From an uncultured bacterium (GTDB lineage Bacteria > Oederibacteriota > PGYV01 > CAWJRG01), in the NCBI GenBank assembly GCA_963845185.1, contig CAWJRG010000010.1:448001-512000 (forward strand): 64,000 nt of DNA. The letters run 5' to 3'. The translations under genes and the position numbers were made by a program. Numbering within the stretch: position 1 is the stretch's first letter; the number at the start of each line of letters is the position of its first letter. Below, in pieces: positions 34,242 through 44,182 of the stretch. Below the pieces are notes generated by a model. That model had not been told where the DNA came from and did not search any database. It saw nothing but the letters and a program-made list of their open reading frames with translations.

Positions 34242-37200
34242 TTATTGCACCGCAAGATAGTCCAGATTGACACACCCGTCGCCTTTGTCCTTTTGAAGCG
34301 TTATTATATTGTCGCCTTTTTTCAGCATAAGAATGATGGCTACGTTGTCCCATGTGTCCCAGTCTTCAAGGGCCTTGAATTTCAATTTCCTCTTGAATTT
34401 CCCGTTCACATAAAGGCTTAATGTCTGTTCGCTTCCCATGGCATTGGCGTAACGGATTAAAATATGGTATTTCCCGGCGGTGGAAACCGTTACCGTAAAG
34501 GCCGTCTTTTGCCCGAAGCCCTGGTAATAACCTGCTACGAATCCTTTGCCCGAATAATCGTCATGATCCGTAGCTACACCGGCACCGCCGGATAAGGACG
34601 CATCCTCAGCCTCATAAACCGCGCCTGCAGGCTTCGGAACCGGATTGGGCTTCCCTGTAGCAGCAACCTGCTGTATTTCATCGGCCGATCGGTCCAATTC
34701 CAGAGCGACAATTGTTTCTTTGGCTTCGCTATTTTCAGTATCAAGAAAAACTTCAATTTTGCGCTTTGTCTGGAGGAAGCCGGCATGTCCGCCGGTCAGT
34801 ACGGCCGCATACACGACCCTGGCCGGAATACCGGGAAGAATAAGTTTATTTTCCCGCCATTGGCTGAGATGTATATAAATCGTTTTGTTCTTATGTGTCG
34901 AGTATCCGTAATCGCCCGGCAGGAAAGGGCCAGGTTGTCCATCCGCAACCGGTTTGCTTTCCGGAATCGCCTTTCCGTTTGCCGGCGGCGAAAAAAACCA
35001 GGAACCGGCCTGGGAAAAAGCCGCTGCTCCTTCTCCTCCCGAGTATATCCGGTGACGGCTGGCCGATTTTTCCAAAAGTACGCTTGTTTTTTCAGGAGAT
35101 TTGCCCTGCTCATCAAACACGGCAAGGATATTCTCACCGGCTTTCATCCAGCATGATGGCAGCCAGATACCGGGGCATCCCTTCAGTATTTCAGGGTAAC
35201 GGCCAAGGTTATGGCCGTTGAGCCAGATGCTGCCTGCGGAAAGCCCGTCCGTGGCAAAGCGGTAAACGCAGCCTGCTTCCGGAATTTTAGAAAGGTTAAA
35301 AGCCGTCCTGTAATAGGCGGGCATCCCGCCGGTCGCGGCCGGAGCCGACCATTTCAGGCCGGAATCGTCAGGGTTCACGCCTCCCTTCATTTTCCATCCG
35401 GCCAATGTCACGGAGCTGTCTTGCGAAACTACCGGGCCGGCCAGCCCCTTCCATGCGTCCAGGAAAGTTAAGCTGCCTGTAACAGCGTAAAATTTGCTTC
35501 TTCCGGCATGCGCTGTAAAAACAGACAGTTCATGGTTCCCGGCTGTCATGGTGATGGGGACTTCAAACGCATTCACCATTATTTTCGCATCATAATATGA
35601 GGCCAATTTTCCATCCACGAAAAAGGAAGCCCTGTCGCCGATATGCTTGAACTTAAATATGTTGACCGTGTTTATGCTGGAAACCCGGGTAAAGTACCAG
35701 GCGTAAGCAGAAGTATCCCCATCCTGGCCCATTGCCGGCGGATTTCCGTCCGGCAGGGAGAACCATGCCATGGAATCCTGATGGGGAGGAATCTCCAAAG
35801 CCATATTCCACCCGGCTAAATGAATTATTTCAGGTGAAGCAGCATCGGCCGCCGGTAATTTGGCTTTCTGGCTGCCTTTCCCGCTGTAAATAACAAGTTC
35901 GGAGGCCGCGGGAACTCCAAAAGGATAATCTACGGAATATTGCGGATTGCCTGAAGCGTCCAGATTGAATTCATTGAGATAGGAAGCGCCGACGACGATC
36001 TGGCGGCCGGCAGCAGTATCAACGAACCATGTCCTGTCAACAGTTTCCTTGTTCATAACCAGTAGCCGGATTTTAGCCGTACTAAAATCGAGCAGTTCTT
36101 CGCCCACACCCTTTGACGGAAAAACAAAAGAAAGAGTGGTGGTGGATCCGGGCTTGAGCTGGAACCCCGCGTTTTGAACGGTCACCCCGGTTCCGGCTTT
36201 CACGCTTTCAAATTTGACTTTTCCGGATTCCCCTGTCCCGCCGAAGCAAACCATGGTCGTAATGTCTCCTTGTGAGACAATGCCCAAAAGACGGCTGTCT
36301 GCCCGGGCCAGAGTAACTCCCGGAGCAACAGGAACATTGACGGCTATTCCTGTGATTTCGCCCGGAGCCAGCTTAATCCTGGTTCCATCTTTTAAGATTG
36401 CCGTGGCCCCGGTGGTTCCTTGGTTGTCCAGGAACACCAGGGTTCCATCCGGACCGGTCCGGGCCGTTATTGAGACGCCCTGTGCGAAACCCTGGAACTG
36501 TTCTGTGGCATCATTGCTGCAGGCGAGAATTCCTGAAAAGGTGCCGGCAAAATAGGCCAGCCGTTTGAGCCTGAAATAAAGCTCACGCGTCTCTCCTCCC
36601 TGCCCTATGAGCGTCCCGAAATCATAGCTGGACGCCACCTCGTCGTTATTGAAATAACCGAAATTTGTGCCGCCATGACACATATAGAGATTGAAACCGT
36701 TGCCGCCGTGCGCTAAAACACGCCATGGATGCCGCTCGCCGTTCCTTAAATCCTCTTTGCTGTTTCCGAAGCGGTCAAACCAGGTTGTCCACAGTTCGGT
36801 GCACATCCATGGGTTTTTCCGCATGGAGGTGTCAATGGGCGTTTCCGGAGCCGGGTCGCTGCCGTGGTGAAGGCCGCTGAAATACATCGGCACTTCCAGC
36901 CCATTCCGGCGCGCCAGACCGAGCAGGTACTCAAAATAACCGTTGTCCATGTCCAGTCCCCAGTGCCGGCCATTGTCTGTGGCCTGCTCGTTTTCCAATT
37001 GGATTAGGATGACGTTGCCACCCTTATGAATCTGGCGTTTGGCGATGATCGGGAGCATCTTGTCAAACCAGGCATCCACGCATTTTAGGAAAGGCTTGTT
37101 ATCTTTGCGGACTTCCACGCCATCCTTGAAGTAAAGCCATGTGGGGAACCCGCCATTTTCCCACTCGGAACAGATGTATGGACCTACCCGGACAATGGCC

Positions 37201-37589
37201 CAAAGGCCGACTTTCTTGGCAATATCAAGGAATTCGCCTATGTCACGGCTTTCTGTAGTGAAATCAAACTGCCCTTCTTTCATTTCGTGGTAGTTCCAGA
37301 AAATATATGTCTCGACCGTGTTGAACCCGGCGCGTTTGAGCTTGAGCAGTATATCGTACCAGTTTTCCCTCGGCACCCTCGCGTAATGCACACTGCCCGA
37401 AACTATGAAGACGCGCTTGCCGTTGATGACGAACCCGTGGTTGTCGAAATTGACGGCCCTGACCGCCCCGGTCGCAGGAGGCAGGATGTCGTCGTTTGGC
37501 TGGTAATTCCATATGCCGGCCCGTCCTGCTGCCGGCAGGAAAGCGGTTAAACCCAGCAGCATAAAAAATTTTTCAAACAGTTTTTTCAT
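34242..37589 (-). CDS. GH35 beta-galactosidase with an extra fucosidase-type C-terminal beta-sandwich and CBM35/CBM6
   Basis: Signal peptide; SGSVHYARVP, ETYIFWNYHE, RVGPYICSEW, QLENE, CTELWTTWF, NLYMCHGGTNFG; C-terminal YEAEDA..YSGKGFVAGY..NLDYL. Confidence 0.9.
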   Translation of the reverse strand: MKKLFEKFFMLLGLTAFLPAAGRAGIWNYQPNDDILPPATGAVRAVNFDNHGFVINGKRVFIVSGSVHYARVPRENWYDILLKLKRAGFNTVETYIFWNYHEMKEGQFDFTTESRDIGEFLDIAKKVGLWAIVRVGPYICSEWENGGFPTWLYFKDGVEVRKDNKPFLKCVDAWFDKMLPIIAKRQIHKGGNVILIQLENEQATDNGRHWGLDMDNGYFEYLLGLARRNGLEVPMYFSGLHHGSDPAPETPIDTSMRKNPWMCTELWTTWFDRFGNSKEDLRNGERHPWRVLAHGGNGFNLYMCHGGTNFGYFNNDEVASSYDFGTLIGQGGETRELYFRLKRLAYFAGTFSGILACSNDATEQFQGFAQGVSITARTGPDGTLVFLDNQGTTGATAILKDGTRIKLAPGEITGIAVNVPVAPGVTLARADSRLLGIVSQGDITTMVCFGGTGESGKVKFESVKAGTGVTVQNAGFQLKPGSTTTLSFVFPSKGVGEELLDFSTAKIRLLVMNKETVDRTWFVDTAAGRQIVVGASYLNEFNLDASGNPQYSVDYPFGVPAASELVIYSGKGSQKAKLPAADAASPEIIHLAGWNMALEIPPHQDSMAWFSLPDGNPPAMGQDGDTSAYAWYFTRVSSINTVNIFKFKHIGDRASFFVDGKLASYYDAKIMVNAFEVPITMTAGNHELSVFTAHAGRSKFYAVTGSLTFLDAWKGLAGPVVSQDSSVTLAGWKMKGGVNPDDSGLKWSAPAATGGMPAYYRTAFNLSKIPEAGCVYRFATDGLSAGSIWLNGHNLGRYPEILKGCPGIWLPSCWMKAGENILAVFDEQGKSPEKTSVLLEKSASRHRIYSGGEGAAAFSQAGSWFFSPPANGKAIPESKPVADGQPGPFLPGDYGYSTHKNKTIYIHLSQWRENKLILPGIPARVVYAAVLTGGHAGFLQTKRKIEVFLDTENSEAKETIVALELDRSADEIQQVAATGKPNPVPKPAGAVYEAEDASLSGGAGVATDHDDYSGKGFVAGYYQGFGQKTAFTVTVSTAGKYHILIRYANAMGSEQTLSLYVNGKFKRKLKFKALEDWDTWDNVAIILMLKKGDNIITLQKDKGDGCVNLDYLAVQ

Positions 37590-37624
37590 CCGGTTTTTTC
37601 TCGCTCAATAGTTTTTAAACCCGG

Positions 37625-39781
37625 TTACTGTATCGCCAGATAATCAAGGTTGACGCATCCGTCACCTTTTTCCTTCTGGAGGGCTATGGTGTTATCGCCT
37701 TTTGTCAAATCCAGCTCAAAATCCAGGTTAGCCCAGGTTTCCCAATCCGGGGTAGTTTCAAACTCCAGCTTCTGCGTAAACTTTCCGTTGACGTACATGC
37801 TCAGGGCCTGCACGCTTCCCGTTCCGTTTGAATACCTTATAACAGCTTTGTGTTTCCCGCCTTCTTCAATCTTCACCTTGAATTCCGTTTTTTGGCCCAT
37901 GCCCATGTAATATCCGGCAACAAACCCCTTGCCTGAATAGCCGTCGTGATCATTTGCTATATATGCTCCGCCTGATAAAACAGCATTCTCGGCATTATAT
38001 GCTGTTCCATTCGGTTTTGGGACGGTCCAGTCATGCTCAGGGTAAGGCGGTTCCTGGAACGGCACCGGTTCCAGATCCGTTCCCGAAACTTTCAGGGTGG
38101 CGGTGTAGTCTGAAACGTGCCGGTCCGGAAGCGTGACTAAAAGGCCATCCTTGTCCTGTTTCCAGTCCAGCTTGCCTTGATATCCCAATAAGCTCACGTT
38201 TTGAATTATGTTTTGTTTTTTGCCCTCCACAGAAGCCAAAGACTTTACGAGTACTTTGCTGTCCTGCGGCAAGCCCATTATTATGGCGTAGAGTATATCC
38301 CCTTTGACAGTAAAGCGGATATCAGCCGGCTTGTAATGCATAACTCTCTCGCTGACCGCTCCCCCGCGGGCCTTAATGGGGCCCTCGCCGAAAACCTTCC
38401 ATGGACGTGTGCCAAAAATGCATTCCTGGTTGACAGCCATCCAGTCAGCCATGCCCTTCAGGAATGCCAGCTCGTCAGGGTCAAGCGTGCCGTCGCCCTT
38501 TACCGGGATGGAAAGCAGCAAATTCCCGTTCTTGGAAACAATGTCGCAGAGCATGTGCACGACCTGGTCTACGGTCTTATATCCATGGCGCTTATAAATG
38601 CCGGCGTCATAGTGCCAGTTGCCAATGCAGGAGCAGGTTTGCCAGTGCAGAGGCTCGATGCCGGCTGCGCCGCCGCGCTCATAATCTTCTACTACTGCAG
38701 AAAGGTGTTCTGGTTTCAGCTTCTTAGCCGTAACAACAGCCTCAAGCTTGCCGTTATGGAAGGCCATGTTGGAGTTATAAAAGTCCGTGACGAGGTCCAG
38801 GCCTGTCTGGCCGAAGGGAAGCTCGGTGTCATCAAAATATACCAGGTCCGGGTGGTATTTTTCCACGAGTTCCTGGGTACGCAAATACCATTTGTCAACG
38901 TAGTAAGGATTATTTGGAGGCCCGGTCTCAAACCACTCATCGTCGTTCTTCGTGTACCAGTCCTGCATATCCTGCCATGTTTTAATGCCGTCCGGAACCA
39001 CAATGGCCGGTCCGGCGTATAATTCCTGTGGGTCAAGCCCTTCCCACCACTTGCCTTTCCCGTCCTCCCTGGTCATCCAGCCGTCATAGCGGACACCGGC
39101 TTTCGGGCCTTCAGGGTCATAACCGTACGCGGTCTGGAACCAGTGCCAGGCATGAGAGGAATGGTTGGAAACGCCAAAGTACAACCCTGCGGCAAGCGCC
39201 GCCTTTTGCCATATGCCTACTATATCCTTATGCGGCCCGATGCGCACGGAATTCCATTCCTGGTATGTTGAATCGTAGCAGTCGAAGTTATCGTGGTGAT
39301 TGGCAAGAGCCACGAAATATTTGGCTCCTGCGGCCTTGTATAAAGCCATGAGTTTCTCAGGATCCCAGTTCTCGGCGTGCCAGATGTTGTCAATATCCTT
39401 GAACCCGTATTCTGTAGGGTGCCCGTAGTTTTTCAAATGGTCGTCGTACTGGTCGTTGTTGTTGACGTGGAGATACATCTGGCGGGCGTACCAGTCCCCG
39501 CATTCAGGCTGGCACTGGCCGCTCCAATGCGCCCAGATGCCGAACTTGGCGTCCTGGAACCACTCAGGGCATTTATAATTTTTAGCCAGCGACTTCCAGT
39601 TCGGCTTGAAAGGACCCTTGGCGACAGTGCGCTTCGGCAAAGTCTTATGCGGCAAAGCCGGCAATTTCCGGCCATTAACGTCTGAAATCTTGTTATCCAT
39701 TCCCATGGAAATACCATATGACGTCATAATGACAACCAATCCTAAATGAAGCTGGAATGCCCATTTAAATATTTTTTTCAT
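37625..39781 (-). CDS. GH29 alpha-L-fucosidase with C-terminal CBM35/CBM6
   Basis: PEWFQDAKFGIWAHW, AGAKYFVALANHHDNFD, PDLVYFD, DIVSKNGNLLL, IFGTRPW; probable signal peptide from ATG 39781. Confidence 0.92.
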   Translation of the reverse strand: MKKIFKWAFQLHLGLVVIMTSYGISMGMDNKISDVNGRKLPALPHKTLPKRTVAKGPFKPNWKSLAKNYKCPEWFQDAKFGIWAHWSGQCQPECGDWYARQMYLHVNNNDQYDDHLKNYGHPTEYGFKDIDNIWHAENWDPEKLMALYKAAGAKYFVALANHHDNFDCYDSTYQEWNSVRIGPHKDIVGIWQKAALAAGLYFGVSNHSSHAWHWFQTAYGYDPEGPKAGVRYDGWMTREDGKGKWWEGLDPQELYAGPAIVVPDGIKTWQDMQDWYTKNDDEWFETGPPNNPYYVDKWYLRTQELVEKYHPDLVYFDDTELPFGQTGLDLVTDFYNSNMAFHNGKLEAVVTAKKLKPEHLSAVVEDYERGGAAGIEPLHWQTCSCIGNWHYDAGIYKRHGYKTVDQVVHMLCDIVSKNGNLLLSIPVKGDGTLDPDELAFLKGMADWMAVNQECIFGTRPWKVFGEGPIKARGGAVSERVMHYKPADIRFTVKGDILYAIIMGLPQDSKVLVKSLASVEGKKQNIIQNVSLLGYQGKLDWKQDKDGLLVTLPDRHVSDYTATLKVSGTDLEPVPFQEPPYPEHDWTVPKPNGTAYNAENAVLSGGAYIANDHDGYSGKGFVAGYYMGMGQKTEFKVKIEEGGKHKAVIRYSNGTGSVQALSMYVNGKFTQKLEFETTPDWETWANLDFELDLTKGDNTIALQKEKGDGCVNLDYLAIQ

Positions 39782-39899
39782 ACAATAAATTCCTTTCATG
39801 ATTCTTCCCGGGATAGTGTTTAAGCTCCGGGAGTTATTTTCTCTCGGTGATGGAACTGATTTTTATGGGGTTTTCAATACACTCTGCCACAAAAATGAA

Positions 39900-42473
39900 T
39901 CACTGCGCGACTACCAATACAGCTGAAAAAGCCGGAACAAGGATTTTAAGTTTCGCACCCGATGTTTTTTGAATCCCCGAAACCACAAGCCGTTTGCCGG
40001 AATCTTCGGTGAAAAAGTAGGTATTGTATGAAGTGGCGCGGGCCGGAAGGGCAATGGTGGTGTCAAAGGCCGTATCATGATTCTTGTTTACCAGGACCAC
40101 GAAAGTCTTGGTGGCGTCCCTGGCGCCGAAGGAATAAAGGTCCGGTGAGGAACTGGTGGCGCTCACAGTCTTCCCATTCACTTTGGACCCCTTGCCGTCG
40201 TAATTGCCGTAAAGCCGGTGGGCTAAAAACAGGTAATTGTCGGGTTGTGCCCCGCTCCAATCGCAGGCCATGTCCAGCCCTTCCCGCATGAAGATGCCGA
40301 GTTTGACGGTTTCAATCAGTCCTCCATGGTAATAGTGCGGGCCGGCGGGATAATATTCGGTTATGGAATACTTGGTGCCGGGATAATTCTCCGCGATGAT
40401 CTTTTTCATCTTGGGGATCATCCCCACAAAGGGATCCCATAAGTACGGTTTGTTGGCGGAATTTGCGCACCAGCTTGCCGGGTCCTCAAAGGTCGGATCC
40501 CACCAAACCCTCAGGGCCTCAAACTGTTTGGGCGTGACCACTGGATCGTAGGGATAGTCCCCATTCATGCTGATCGTGTTGCCCTTACTATCAGTGTCCC
40601 AAACATCCGGGCAGCCGTGGTTGTCCAGGTAGTCGATGAGCCGTATGCCTGCCTTTTCCGAGAGCTTCTTCATTTGCCTCAGGTAATACACCACCTGCGG
40701 AAGATTTCCATGTGCCTTGCGGTCGGTCCACATTTCATGGCTCTTTTTCTTGCTGTCCTCCACGTCAAATTCATTGATACCGCCTGGATTATAGTCCCAG
40801 TTCGAGCCTGCCAGTTCCATGACACCCCAGCCGCTCCAGCCGATCACTTTAGCGCTGGGATCAGCTTCTTTCACTGCCTGGGCGTACTTGGCGTTCAGGT
40901 CCACGAGTTGGTCATAGCTTATGCCCTTGGGCCAAACGTCACGATGGTTGGCTATCCAGCACCCGGGCTCATTGTCCATCTGGTAGAACTTCACCCCGCC
41001 TTTGGAAGCTGTCCCGAATAGCTTCACAATGGTTTTGACCCATTCCTTCTGATATTCCGGGTCGGACGGCACATAGTTGTAGTTTGGGTCGTTGTCACGG
41101 ATGTTTTTGCCCCCGGGCAATATGCCGTTTCCCGCGCCCTGCCCGTCAGTGGACGTTTGGTCGGGATATTTGGATGTCGGAAAGGAACAAAGTCTCGGCC
41201 CGTCTTTAGACACTGACTTGGCTACCCATCCGGTGGTTGGAATGGTGATGATGGACTGGCAGCCTGCTGAAAAACTATCGGTGATGAACTTGGCATAATC
41301 CTTGTCCTTTTCCTGGCCGCTTTCCGGTGGGCTGCCGGAGTTCAGGAAAAACCAGTCTCCGCCCCGGTTGGTCGAGTTCTCTTTCCAGTTATAGTTGGAA
41401 GTAGCGTTTCCTCCCCAGCGGTTCACGGTTCCGCCCAATTGTTTCAGCTTATCACTATCCTGGTAGTTGTATCCCCAGAGGTAGGGTGAGATGGGACGAC
41501 CGGGCTTGGATAAGAGCGATATTGAGGCTGACTTTATAGAAGCAGACTCAGCGGTCACCGTAACAGTTTCGTAAGATGAGGTTTCTTTCTCATTTTGCGC
41601 CGCCACGGCCACGAGGTGCGGGCTCCCTGCAGACAGCAAGCCGGACTCGATCTTCACCTGCCGTTTGTCAGCTCCCTTTACCTGGGCCGTATCCTTCCCG
41701 TCTATAGTCACTATGTACTGCTGGATGCCTTCGTCGCTGGCCTTGTCCCAGATGAGCATCACGCCTCCCGGCACCCGGTACCACCCGAGGTTTTCCACCG
41801 GCGTGACCAGCGCGGTGTCGGTCACGTAAATTTTGTCGAAATGCACGTAAACCGGCTTGTTCTCGGGAAAATCACCCGTTAAATTGATATTAAGGGTTTT
41901 CATGTTGGTTGAGCTCATTTTGGAAAAATTCGGGAACGAAGCAAAAGGGATGACCACCCGCGTCCAGGTTTCGCCGATTTTCTTGCCTTCGGCGTAATTG
42001 CTTAGTTTGACCGAACCGGAATCTACGTCGCCGCTAAGAGCAGCCTCGAAATCCACCCCCGGGGAATTGGTCCTCACGTACATTACGAGGTTTTTTGCCT
42101 TGGAAAAATCCTGGCCCGACCATGATCCGTTGAAAGCCACACCGCCGCCCGCCCACTTCTTATCCCAATGCTTGTTGTCGCCCTGGGTGACCCATGTGAA
42201 CTCAAACGAAAGGCAGTTGCCGTCGTTGTTATCGCTGTCGAAAATGACCCAGCTCGCGTTATTGTTTGTGATCCTGGATTCTATTTTCTGGTTGCAGGGG
42301 TCGGACCGCAAAATAAATTTATGCTGGTCTCCCATGCTGACAATGCTTACGCCCCCTTTCCCGTCCTTTCCGGACGAATCTGCCCAGCAAGGGCCGTAAA
42401 AGGTGACGTCCTCGTCGCTCCATGCGATTGCAGAGATCAAAACAAAAGAAACGATCAAAAAAAGTTTCCGCAT
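39900..42473 (-). CDS. GH44 endoglucanase/xyloglucanase with N-terminal CBM-like and Fn3-like modules
   Basis: ISPYLWGYN, RWGGNATSNYNW, MDNEPG (acid/base), YPGTKYSITEY (nucleophile), YGNYDGKGS; signal peptide MRKLFLIVSFVLISAIAWS after RBS AAAGGAG; alternative in-frame ATG at 42590. Confidence 0.85.
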   Translation of the reverse strand: MRKLFLIVSFVLISAIAWSDEDVTFYGPCWADSSGKDGKGGVSIVSMGDQHKFILRSDPCNQKIESRITNNNASWVIFDSDNNDGNCLSFEFTWVTQGDNKHWDKKWAGGGVAFNGSWSGQDFSKAKNLVMYVRTNSPGVDFEAALSGDVDSGSVKLSNYAEGKKIGETWTRVVIPFASFPNFSKMSSTNMKTLNINLTGDFPENKPVYVHFDKIYVTDTALVTPVENLGWYRVPGGVMLIWDKASDEGIQQYIVTIDGKDTAQVKGADKRQVKIESGLLSAGSPHLVAVAAQNEKETSSYETVTVTAESASIKSASISLLSKPGRPISPYLWGYNYQDSDKLKQLGGTVNRWGGNATSNYNWKENSTNRGGDWFFLNSGSPPESGQEKDKDYAKFITDSFSAGCQSIITIPTTGWVAKSVSKDGPRLCSFPTSKYPDQTSTDGQGAGNGILPGGKNIRDNDPNYNYVPSDPEYQKEWVKTIVKLFGTASKGGVKFYQMDNEPGCWIANHRDVWPKGISYDQLVDLNAKYAQAVKEADPSAKVIGWSGWGVMELAGSNWDYNPGGINEFDVEDSKKKSHEMWTDRKAHGNLPQVVYYLRQMKKLSEKAGIRLIDYLDNHGCPDVWDTDSKGNTISMNGDYPYDPVVTPKQFEALRVWWDPTFEDPASWCANSANKPYLWDPFVGMIPKMKKIIAENYPGTKYSITEYYPAGPHYYHGGLIETVKLGIFMREGLDMACDWSGAQPDNYLFLAHRLYGNYDGKGSKVNGKTVSATSSSPDLYSFGARDATKTFVVLVNKNHDTAFDTTIALPARATSYNTYFFTEDSGKRLVVSGIQKTSGAKLKILVPAFSAVLVVAQ

Positions 42474-42617
42474 AAATTCTCCTTTGATTTTTTTCAGGCC
42501 GGTTTTTTCAACAAAAGTTTTTCGCAGAGATACAAGAACTATAAATAAAGCTAAAACAAAAATCAAAACAGTCATAAAGAAATTATTCATTTTCAAACCT
42601 CCAAAAGATAATTGCAT

Positions 42618-42746
42618 TTTATAATTATAAAACACAACGGATGGGTCCTTTGCCGAAACAACGTCGCAGCCCTTTTCAGGCTAAGGAAGTATGACAGGCT
42701 CGCCTGTTGTGCAAGCAAACCTTGTTTTTTCGTTGAACTCCTTCAT
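42618..42746 (-). pseudogene. N-terminal stub of a GH62 paralog
   Basis: Translates MKEFNEKTRFACTTGEPVILP*PEKGCDVVSAKDPSVVFYNYK, versus the adjacent GH62 MKEFNEKTRFKWVSSGPIILPQPEKGREIVCSKDPSVVFYNDK. Confidence 0.88.
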
Positions 42747-42750
42747 ATTT

Positions 42751-43719
42751 TTACTTTTTGTGAACTGCCTTTAAGAGCCCAATCTTGTACGGCAGCAGGT
42801 GATATTCCATGCCGTTGCTATCTGGGTCGTGGCCCTGGAAAAGCATCTGCAAATTTTCAGGGTCTATGGTGAGGGTCTCATCATAACTGTCCCTTATAAG
42901 CTCTCCGTGGCTTATGTCTAATGTCCACGGCTTTACACCCTGCTCGAATGTCACATTGCTTAAGCCGGCAAAAGGCTCGTCCCATGTGGCTGCCTGCTCT
43001 TTCCATTCTCCGTTCAGCGAATCCGCGACAAAGCTCTTATAATACCTTTCCCAGTCAGGAAGCTTGCTCGCCTCAATTATCGTAAGGTATTTTTTTTGGC
43101 CCTTTATGCGGTAGGTGCAGCTTCCTTCAAATAATTCGTTCCTTTCCTTATTACATAGGACCACTTCGGGCTCGCTCATAGCGTTCGGGAAGTCCTCAAT
43201 CCTTGTCCTGCTGCGGTAAAAGCGGCCGTTATTGCCGGAAAAGAAAAGATAAACGTGTTTGTCGTCGCATATTATCCAGTGATCAAGCCATGACCCGTCC
43301 ACAACGCTTTTCGGTACCCCATCGAAAAAGTCATGGGGAGCGGTCCATCCATCAGGGTTGTCTATATTGTCGTTTGTCGAGTACTGCGGTTGATTACCTT
43401 GGAATATCATGTACCATTTTTTTTGCGGCGTAAAATAAAAAACTTCCGGAGCGCAGTGGTAGCCGAGCAGATTTGGGTTGTTGTCCTTGGGGTATGCCTT
43501 TGCGGACTTCGCGTCAGCCCAGTCCTTAAAGCTGATAAACTGCATGCTCCAGTAATGTGCCCTGTCGCATGTGGTATAAAACACGTACCATTTGTCATTA
43601 TAAAAAACAACTGACGGGTCCTTTGAGCAAACAATTTCGCGGCCTTTTTCAGGCTGCGGCAGTATAATAGGCCCGCTTGAGACCCATTTAAACCTGGTTT
43701 TTTCGTTAAATTCTTTCAT
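42751..43719 (-). CDS. GH62 alpha-L-arabinofuranosidase, no signal peptide
   Basis: KDPSVVFYN, APEVFYFTPQKKWYMIFQ, LFEGS, DISHGELIR, ETLTIDP. Confidence 0.9.
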   Translation of the reverse strand: MKEFNEKTRFKWVSSGPIILPQPEKGREIVCSKDPSVVFYNDKWYVFYTTCDRAHYWSMQFISFKDWADAKSAKAYPKDNNPNLLGYHCAPEVFYFTPQKKWYMIFQGNQPQYSTNDNIDNPDGWTAPHDFFDGVPKSVVDGSWLDHWIICDDKHVYLFFSGNNGRFYRSRTRIEDFPNAMSEPEVVLCNKERNELFEGSCTYRIKGQKKYLTIIEASKLPDWERYYKSFVADSLNGEWKEQAATWDEPFAGLSNVTFEQGVKPWTLDISHGELIRDSYDETLTIDPENLQMLFQGHDPDSNGMEYHLLPYKIGLLKAVHKK

Positions 43720-43767
43720 TTTAAATCCTTCGCTTGCATTTGTAAAAAACAGGATTTCAACCCTGTC

Positions 43768-44112
43768 TCAATATTTTTTGTTTTGCTGCTCTGTATCTTT
43801 GAGACTTTCTGCCAGATCCTTGAAATTCCTAACCTCGACAAAAAGCACGTCAGGCAAGGCGCCTGCCGCTGCCTCGGTCATGACTTTTTCCATGTACGGG
43901 CTTCCCGAAGGCGCGCGTTCCTGGGTCACTGTAATGCTTTTTGTTTTTTTCAGGTCTTTTATGATTTTCTCCACGTTCTTCATCTCTATTACGTCACCCC
44001 AGTGCATGACGCGGATCCTGTTTTTGTCCTGTGTCCCTCCACACGAGTAAAAAAATAGCCGTGGTTAGTAGTAAGGCAACAAATAAGCATAAAAATATTT
44101 TAACTTTTTCAT
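43768..44112 (-). pseudogene. Truncated, frameshifted paralog of the sugar-binding lipoprotein at 32474-33781
   Basis: MKKLKIFLCLF... then +1 T in a T7 run near 44050, then SCGGTQDKNRIRVMHWGDVIEMKNVEKIIKD...APSGSPYMEKVMTEAAAG, nearly identical to the intact gene; homology stops after about 100 aa. Confidence 0.88.
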
Positions 44113-44182
44113 TTTGCGCCTATGTAAATTGAATTTTCAATACATTTTCAGAAACAAGCTATAACATACATCGGCAAAAATT

